Source of the DNA: Promethearchaeia archaeon
Lineage (GTDB): Archaea; Asgardarchaeota; Lokiarchaeia; Sigyniarchaeales; SOKP01
Assembly: GCA_029856105.1 (NCBI GenBank)
Contig: JAHQWH010000225.1
Location: 1 to 13,980 of the forward strand
Reading direction: 5' to 3'
Length of the DNA: 13,980 nucleotides
The notes beneath the pieces are model-generated. The model did no database searches, had not been told where the DNA came from, and worked only from the letters and a program-made list of their open reading frames with translations. Positions 8,355 to 13,980 of this stretch are shown in pieces (positions within the stretch are counted from its first letter, which is position 1; each line of letters begins with the position of its first letter). Both the position numbers and the translations under genes were made by a program.

Positions 8355-8500
8355 TTATAGATAAATCAATTTCTTATAGTTAAAAAAACTACTATTTAAA
8401 TATTATTTCATATTTATTTACTACAAAGATATCATAAATTAATTTAATTTGATACCATAATAAAAAAAAATAGATAAAATAACTATTGAAAGTGAAAAAA

Positions 8501-8725
8501 ATGGCTGATAAAACAGTTGATTATACTGGTTTAAAATGTCCGTTACCAGTTTTGAAAACTAAAAAAGAATTGAAAAGTTTGACTTCAGGACAAATAATTG
8601 AAGTAATCGTTGATGATGTTGGGGCGAAGAAGGACATCCCAGCGCTTCTCACTAAAATAGGCGACGAATTAGTCGAACTTCGAGAAGATAATGGAAACTT
8701 AATTTTTGTCATTAAAAAGGCTTAA
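8501..8725 (+). CDS. tusA: Sulfur carrier protein TusA/SirA family
   Basis: VDYTGLKCPLPVLKTKK contains the CPxP persulfide motif, followed by L.SGQI.EV.VDD.GA..DIP. ATG 8501 (74 aa) is preferred over TTG 8486. Confidence 0.92.
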   Translation: MADKTVDYTGLKCPLPVLKTKKELKSLTSGQIIEVIVDDVGAKKDIPALLTKIGDELVELREDNGNLIFVIKKA

Positions 8726-8754
8726 AACGCATTATACGGAGTAAGGATATTAAC

Positions 8755-9123
8755 ATGTCTAAATATATTTTCTTTATTAGCACAGAACCCTATAAATTTC
8801 AAGCTGTTGATTCTTTAATTGAGATTTGTAAAGCTATTATTAGAAAGGGAAATACAGTAAGGGGATTATTCTTTTACGGCTCGGGAGTATACAACTTGAA
8901 GAAAGATATTAGCAGTGGCACTTCAATCAGGAACATTCCAAAGAAGTTAGAAGAATTTTGCGGTGAAAATAAGATACCTGTTGTTGGTTGTAGTACTTGG
9001 GTTAGTCTTACAGGTTTAAACGAAAGCAATTTCATCAATGGAGCTACCGAAGAGGGATTAGGGGACTTCTCAAATTGGGCAATAGAATCAGATAAATTAA
9101 TTGTATTCGGAACGGGGGGCTAA
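8755..9123 (+). CDS. dsrE: DsrE/TusD-like sulfurtransferase subunit
   Basis: I..EPY, FFY.SGVYN, Cys79 (VVGCSTW) at the position of the DsrE/TusD catalytic Cys78, and C-terminal GLGDF......DKLIVF. Confidence 0.85.
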   Translation: MSKYIFFISTEPYKFQAVDSLIEICKAIIRKGNTVRGLFFYGSGVYNLKKDISSGTSIRNIPKKLEEFCGENKIPVVGCSTWVSLTGLNESNFINGATEEGLGDFSNWAIESDKLIVFGTGG

Positions 9124-9127
9124 AACT

Positions 9128-9496
9128 ATGGTAGAATCTGTTGTAATTATAACCGATCAATCACCTACTGGCAAAAATTCTGCAGCTGAAGCGATTCGAA
9201 TTGGTTCGGGATTTGTAGCTCTTGGAGAATCTATCAATTGCCAAATAGTTCTCACTGGAGACGCGGTTTATCTTTTAAACAAACACTCTACGCCTACAGT
9301 CGTTGGTATGGACCCAGTAGATGAATTTATTGAAATAGCAGACTTATCTGACTTGGAAATATATGTTTTAGATAAATCGTTAAAAGAAGCTGGTTTAACC
9401 TTTGAAGATTTAATAGAATACGAGAATTTAAAGGTCATTAGTATCGACGAATTAATCGATTTAATCGAACAAGCAGACACCTGCTTTAGGTTTTAA
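9128..9496 (+). CDS. dsrF: DsrF/TusC-like subunit
   Basis: SP.GK..AAEAIR, L.GDAVYLL, IYV..SL.E.GL, C-terminal LIEQAD..F. Lies between dsrE and dsrH. ATG 9128 follows a G6 SD and is preferred over the ORF-track start at 9101. Confidence 0.8.
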   Translation: MVESVVIITDQSPTGKNSAAEAIRIGSGFVALGESINCQIVLTGDAVYLLNKHSTPTVVGMDPVDEFIEIADLSDLEIYVLDKSLKEAGLTFEDLIEYENLKVISIDELIDLIEQADTCFRF

Positions 9497-9511
9497 CGGG
9501 GGGATATAAAA

Positions 9512-9862
9512 ATGACGCAAGAATTGAGTGAATTTAAATTTTTATATTTATTTGGGTTTAGCGAAATTACAGGGAACCATTTAGAGCGGTTATTACCAAT
9601 ATTGAAAGGCCAAATTAAAAAAGGGGGCCAAATTGGGATTGTTTTAATTCACGATGGGGCAATTGGCATTAATAAAAGAGGCCGGATTACAAAGGCAATG
9701 GAAGAGCTTCTCAGCTTGAAAGTTATATTATATGCTATGATCCCCGATTTGAAAGCTCGTGGAATAGACTTGGAGCAAACGCACGAAAAAATTAAACCAA
9801 TTGAATATGACGACTTAATAGATCTTTTAGATAATACGCTAAAAATAATATCTTGGATGTAA
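9512..9862 (+). CDS. dsrH: DsrH/TusB-like subunit
   Basis: IVLIHDG, YAM.PDLKARG, I.YDD.IDL and C-terminal ISW are DsrH/TusB hallmarks. Confidence 0.85.
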   Translation: MTQELSEFKFLYLFGFSEITGNHLERLLPILKGQIKKGGQIGIVLIHDGAIGINKRGRITKAMEELLSLKVILYAMIPDLKARGIDLEQTHEKIKPIEYDDLIDLLDNTLKIISWM

Positions 9863-9975
9863 TAGTCTGAGACAAAAATTATGATTTTTTTAATAGCATA
9901 TCAAGAGAAATTAGTTAAAAATTTAGTAAAAAAATATAAAAAAATAAAAAAAAAACAGAAAAAAAAGTGTTTAAA

Positions 9976-10404
9976 ATGGTTGAAAAAGTGGTTGAAAAAA
10001 TGAGTTTTATTGTAAGTGATAAATCCTTCGAGAAATTTATGATGGCGACGATACTTGGGACTACTGGAGCAGCAATGGACGAACAAATGAACTTTTTCTT
10101 TACTTTTTGGGGTTTAAGTCTCTTAAAAAAGAAATTTAAGCCTAAAGCTACTGGCATGCCAACCGCTATGAAAGGGATGGGTGCTCTAATGTTTAGGAGA
10201 AAGTTAAAGAAATTTGGGATTGATAACCCTTGGGAATTAATTAAGGACGCTGTTGAAGACGGTAAAATGAAACTTTACCCATGTCAGATGACTATGGATT
10301 TAATGGGTATAAAAAGAGAACAAATGTGGGACTTTGTTGAAGATCCAATTGGAGCAGCAGGTTTCATGGAAATTAGCGAAGGAGCAAAAGTAGTATCGTT
10401 ATAG
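9976..10404 (+). CDS. dsrE2: DsrE2-type (DrsE_2 family) sulfurtransferase/sulfur carrier
   Basis: AAM....FFFTFWGL..L and YPCQMTMDLMG (the only Cys), plus GAAGF. The start could be 9967, 9976 or 9988. Confidence 0.85.
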   Translation: MVEKVVEKMSFIVSDKSFEKFMMATILGTTGAAMDEQMNFFFTFWGLSLLKKKFKPKATGMPTAMKGMGALMFRRKLKKFGIDNPWELIKDAVEDGKMKLYPCQMTMDLMGIKREQMWDFVEDPIGAAGFMEISEGAKVVSL

Positions 10405-10416
10405 ATACTATTCTAA

Positions 10417-10429
10417 TTTTTTTTTTTTT
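10417..10429 (+). terminator. Oligo-T tract between dsrE2 and hdrC (possible partial terminator)
   Basis: T13 starting 13 nt after the TAG at 10404. Confidence 0.45.
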
Positions 10430-10466
10430 ATTCAAGATAATTAAGCAGTAAAAAAGATGGTAAAAA

Positions 10467-11033
10467 ATGTCAGATACAAAAGAATACCACCGAGAATTTA
10501 AGACAGAAAAAGATTTCGATAAAGATTATTTTAAAAATATAGATAGAAAGTCTAATATTTGGCAATGCATTCAATGTGGTTCGTGTACTGCGAGTTGTGA
10601 GAGTGGTAGATGGACCGCATTAAAGACTCGTATGATTATACGAAAAGTTGTTCTTGGAGATTTATCAGTGCTTAGTGATCCTGATATTTGGTTGTGTACT
10701 ACATGCTATCAATGTTATGAGCGTTGTCCTCGCGATGTGAGGCCCACAGATGTTATAATGGAATTGAGAAACTACGCAACAAAACTGGGAAATATATCAC
10801 CAAATCATCGGGCAGTTGTAGGGTACTTGACAAAATATGGACACGCGGTACCGATAAATGACGAGATAAAACAAAGAAGGGTTGAATTAGGATTAGACGA
10901 ACTTCCTCCCACTGCTTTTAAGTTTAAGCAAGAGGGGGACGATAAAGATTTAAAGAAATTTGAAGAACATTTGTTTGACCTTCCTCCAGTTAAGGAAATT
11001 AAGGAGGAAAAAAAGAAGGAGGAGGAGAAATAA
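10467..11033 (+). CDS. hdrC: Heterodisulfide reductase subunit C
   Basis: Two ferredoxin motifs, CIQCGSCTASC and IWLCTTCYQCYERCPR. C-terminal GHAVPI......R..LGL...PPT as in methanogen HdrC. Confidence 0.93.
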   Translation: MSDTKEYHREFKTEKDFDKDYFKNIDRKSNIWQCIQCGSCTASCESGRWTALKTRMIIRKVVLGDLSVLSDPDIWLCTTCYQCYERCPRDVRPTDVIMELRNYATKLGNISPNHRAVVGYLTKYGHAVPINDEIKQRRVELGLDELPPTAFKFKQEGDDKDLKKFEEHLFDLPPVKEIKEEKKKEEEK

Positions 11034-11036
11034 GTT

Positions 11037-11954
11037 ATGGTAAAAGAAAATACATTTGCGTTTTTTTTAGGGTGTCTCATGCCTAATAGATATCCAGCAA
11101 TTGAAAAAGCTACGATGTATGTTATGGAAAAATTAGGTTATACTTTAATAGATATGGAGAGAGCCACATGTTGTCCCGCTCCAGGAGTATTTCGCTCGTT
11201 CAACAAAGTTGATTGGATGGTGGCGGGTGCGAGAAACCTCTGTATAGCTGAGAAGCTTGACGCGGACATTATTACTGTCTGTAATGGATGTTTTGGAACG
11301 CTCCAAGAAATAAACAAACATTTAAAAGAAAACGAAGAGCATAGGGAATTGGTAAACGAAAAACTGAAACTTCTTGGCGATTATGAGTTTAAAGGAACGA
11401 TTGATGTCCGACATATTATGTCGGTGTTAGGATATGAAGTTGGTCCTTGGGGTATTGAAGAGGTTATAATAAGAAAAGTTAACGCCCGTGCTGCGGTACA
11501 TTACGGTTGTCACTTTCTAAAACCAACTAGAATTAGAGAAATTGAAAGCTCTGAGGGACCAACGATCGTAGAAGAGTTTATCGAAGCGTTAGGGGTAGAG
11601 TCTGTAAGATTTAAAGAACAATTAACTTGTTGCGGCGCTGGCGGAGGAGTAAAAGCGTACTCTGGCGACGCAAGCATGACGATTTTTGGGGAAAAAATGA
11701 AAAATATTGAGGAAGTTAAACCTGATTTTATATTAGATATATGTCCTTTCTGTCATCTACAATTTGAGACTGGACAAGATCATCTTAATAAAAATGAAGA
11801 TTGTAATTACGATTATCCAGTTATTCACATTTCGCAACTTGTTGCATATTGTATGGGGATGGACCAAGAATTTGTTGGTCTTCAATACCAATTAATGGGC
11901 AAAGATTACATTTTTGGCGGGCAAGAAATCAAAAAAGAAGAGGAGGCATTGTAA
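11037..11954 (+). CDS. hdrB: Heterodisulfide reductase subunit B
   Basis: Two complete CCG domains: FFLGC / CCPAPG / CNGC and HYGCH / CCGAGGG / CPFC. Confidence 0.95.
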   Translation: MVKENTFAFFLGCLMPNRYPAIEKATMYVMEKLGYTLIDMERATCCPAPGVFRSFNKVDWMVAGARNLCIAEKLDADIITVCNGCFGTLQEINKHLKENEEHRELVNEKLKLLGDYEFKGTIDVRHIMSVLGYEVGPWGIEEVIIRKVNARAAVHYGCHFLKPTRIREIESSEGPTIVEEFIEALGVESVRFKEQLTCCGAGGGVKAYSGDASMTIFGEKMKNIEEVKPDFILDICPFCHLQFETGQDHLNKNEDCNYDYPVIHISQLVAYCMGMDQEFVGLQYQLMGKDYIFGGQEIKKEEEAL

Positions 11955-13980
11955 TTGACTGTTAAAGAAGAAAAAGTAAAGCCAACAGAAGAAATTATAG
12001 AAAAAACTATATCTCAAGATTCAAAAGATGAAGAGCCTCGGATTGGCGTTTTTGTATGCCATTGCGGGCACAATATTGCTGGAACTGTAGATGTAGCTAA
12101 AGTAGCAGAATACGCAGGAACTTTACCCAATGTGGTAAAGGCAGAGCATTACATGTTTATGTGTTCAAAGCCAGGCGTTCAGATGGTTAAGGATTCCATT
12201 AAAGAATTAGGAGTTAATAGAACTGTCGTAGCAAGTTGTTCTAAAAACCAACACGGCAGAACCTTTGCGAGAACTATCGCTGAAGAGGGTATTAATAAAC
12301 ATCGCCACCAACAAGTTAATATACGGGAATATTGTAGTTGGGTTCATAAAAAAGACGAAGAAAAAGCGACTGCAAAATCGCTTCGTTTGGTAGAAGCTGG
12401 AGTTAATCGAGCTCGAAAACTTGACGAGGTAGAAACAAGGCGAGTTACGACCACTAAAGCAGCTTTGGTGATTGGAGGGGGTATCGCGGGACTTAGATCT
12501 GCTCACGATATGGCAGAATTAGGAATATCAGTGTTTTTAGTTGAGAAAAACTCCACGATAGGAGGCCATATGACTAGATTGAACAAAACATTTCCTACAT
12601 TAGAGTGTCCGCAATGTTCAATATCCCCGTTAACGAATGGAGTAGCAAATCATCCATTAATTGAGCTTTATACAAACGCTCAAGTTAAAAGCGTTGAGGG
12701 ATCTTTAGGAAATTTTGAAATTGAAATCGAAATTAAGCCTCGATATGTTAAAGATAATTGTACTTCGTGTGGTGAGTGCTCCTTACATTGTCCAGTAGAA
12801 GTGCCAAGCGAATGGGATAAAGGTATGTCTATGCGGAACGCTATTTATAAAGCGTATCCTCAAGCAATTCCCGCAACATTCGTAAGGGATAAGAAGGCTT
12901 GTATTGAGTGTAATACATGTATTAACATATGTCCAGTCCAAGCAATTGATTTTTCGATGCAACCTGAAACTAAAACGGTTAAAGTTGGCTCAATCATAGT
13001 TGCTGCGGGTTTTAGCGAATACGACCCTACGGAGATTGAACCTTACCACTATGGGCAAGAGGGATACGAAGATGTCATTACTCAATTGAAATTGGAAAGA
13101 ATGTTATCACCAACTTCTTTAACGAATAGCGAAGTATTGCGACCATCTGACGGAAAGCTTCCTAAAAGCGTTGTAATAATTCAATGTGTAGGTAGTAGAA
13201 ACGATCAAGTCGGTAATCAATATTGTACGGGCGTGTGTTGTAAATTTGCGATAAAAAACGCTCGAATCGTAAAAGAAATGTATCCCGAAACCGATGTAAC
13301 GATTTGTTACATTGATATAAGAACTCCTGGATTAAATTTCGAAGAATTATATAAATCTGCTCAAGAAGTTGGAGTCAGATTCATCCGAGGGAGACCTTCA
13401 GAAATTGTTAAGAATCCAATTAGTGGAGAGTTAACTGTTATTGTAGAAGATACTTTGAGCATGACGCCTTTGCAATTATCAGCTGATTTGGTAGTGTTGT
13501 CAGCAGCAATGGTGCCTCCTGAAGGAATTGGGCCGCTAGGTTCTAAACTTCACGTATTACGCTCAAAAGAAGGATTCTTGAAAGAATTTCACATAAAAAT
13601 GAACCCTACATTAAGTAGCAAAGGAGGAATATTTTTAGCAGGTGCGATTCAAGGGCCAAAAGATATTTCTGAGACCGTAGCTCACGCAGGAAGCGCTGCT
13701 GCTCTAGCGGCTGCACCATTGGTAAAAGGCTACATAGAAAAGGAAATGTTGGTTCCAACGATAGATTACGAATTATGTGTTAATTGTGGGATTTGTAAAA
13801 CGATATGTGCTCCAGCTGCTATTGATATTGACGAAAACGGAAGACCTACAGTTAACGAAATAGCGTGTAAATCATGCGGTATGTGCATGGCAAGTTGTCC
13901 AACGAGCGCAATTCAATTGATTAATTTCACAGAAGATCAACTATACGATGAAATAATCGCCGTATCAGGTGGAGGTGCCG
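11955..13980 (+). CDS. hdrA: Heterodisulfide reductase subunit A (full-length type), stop codon beyond window end
   Basis: Manual translation gives 675 uninterrupted codons from TTG 11955 (AGGAGG at 11941-11946). Motifs: RIGVFVCHCGHNI, NIREYCSWVH, ALVIGGGIAG, KTFPTLECPQC, inserted ferredoxin CTSCGECSLHCP/CIECNTCINICP, QCVGSR..YCTGVCC, GIFLAG..QGPKDI, C-terminal ferredoxin CVNCGICKTIC/CKSCGMCMASCP. Confidence 0.95.
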   Translation, partial: MTVKEEKVKPTEEIIEKTISQDSKDEEPRIGVFVCHCGHNIAGTVDVAKVAEYAGTLPNVVKAEHYMFMCSKPGVQMVKDSIKELGVNRTVVASCSKNQHGRTFARTIAEEGINKHRHQQVNIREYCSWVHKKDEEKATAKSLRLVEAGVNRARKLDEVETRRVTTTKAALVIGGGIAGLRSAHDMAELGISVFLVEKNSTIGGHMTRLNKTFPTLECPQCSISPLTNGVANHPLIELYTNAQVKSVEGSLGNFEIEIEIKPRYVKDNCTSCGECSLHCPVEVPSEWDKGMSMRNAIYKAYPQAIPATFVRDKKACIECNTCINICPVQAIDFSMQPETKTVKVGSIIVAAGFSEYDPTEIEPYHYGQEGYEDVITQLKLERMLSPTSLTNSEVLRPSDGKLPKSVVIIQCVGSRNDQVGNQYCTGVCCKFAIKNARIVKEMYPETDVTICYIDIRTPGLNFEELYKSAQEVGVRFIRGRPSEIVKNPISGELTVIVEDTLSMTPLQLSADLVVLSAAMVPPEGIGPLGSKLHVLRSKEGFLKEFHIKMNPTLSSKGGIFLAGAIQGPKDISETVAHAGSAAALAAAPLVKGYIEKEMLVPTIDYELCVNCGICKTICAPAAIDIDENGRPTVNEIACKSCGMCMASCPTSAIQLINFTEDQLYDEIIAVSGGGA

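Noticed and set aside
8521-9480. Minus-strand ORFs 8521-8712 and 9268-9480
   Set aside because: Antisense to the well-supported tusA and dsrF.
8501-9862. Reading tusA-dsrEFH as the TusABCDE-MnmA tRNA thiolation pathway or the reverse-Dsr pathway
   Set aside because: No tusE/dsrC, mnmA or dsrAB in the window, and the neighbours are dsrE2 and hdr. It cannot be fully excluded without the rest of the genome.
9901-10157. Phe-rich minus-strand ORFs 9901-10086 and 9915-10157
   Set aside because: Artefacts of the A-tract read as TTT codons, overlapping dsrE2.
310-11954. No TGA stops among 14 complete genes (12 TAA, 2 TAG), suggesting TGA recoding
   Set aside because: Small sample, low GC favours TAA, and no gene needs TGA readthrough.
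10805-12506. Minus-strand ORFs 10805-11080 and 12207-12506
   Set aside because: Antisense to hdrC/hdrB and hdrA.
12606-12617. Selenocysteine in HdrA (the FPTxxCxxC site carries Sec in some archaeal HdrA)
   Set aside because: Both codons are TGT, and I found no in-frame TGA in the 675 codons read. No SECIS is called.
10467-13980. Calling the hdr genes a sulfur-oxidiser sHdr cluster, or evidence of methanogenesis
   Set aside because: HdrA is full-length with ferredoxin modules and HdrB has both intact CCG sets, unlike sHdr. No mcr/mtr genes are seen, and HdrABC is common in non-methanogens.

Overview
AT-rich archaeal DNA. The gene content points to an Asgard archaeon (Lokiarchaeia-like), which is an inference from a non-prenylated Rab-like GTPase, a TPR-longin protein, a wHTH-TPR protein, TATA/T-tract signals and methanogen-type Hdr. 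The left half holds a partial acyltransferase-3 gene missed by the ORF track, a multi-wHTH + TPR regulator divergent from a small membrane protein, a TPR-longin/Rab-like GTPase pair, a mini J-domain protein and an AmpG/ACATN-like MFS permease. The right half holds the main finding: an Lrp/AsnC regulator divergent from a tight cluster tusA-dsrE-dsrF-dsrH-dsrE2-hdrC-hdrB-hdrA. hdrA starts at TTG 11955, runs off the window end and is absent from the ORF track. The cluster joins a persulfide relay to a full-length, methanogen-type (bifurcation-type) HdrABC rather than the short sHdr of sulfur oxidisers, and no dsrC/tusE occurs in the window. This suggests a protein-persulfide/sulfane-sulfur reducing Hdr system. 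Non-coding observations include a TTTAC-N6-GTAAA palindrome in three intergenic regions, an 11-bp tandem repeat next to the wHTH gene and a T13 tract between the relay and hdr genes. No RNA genes, CRISPR arrays or mobile elements were seen.
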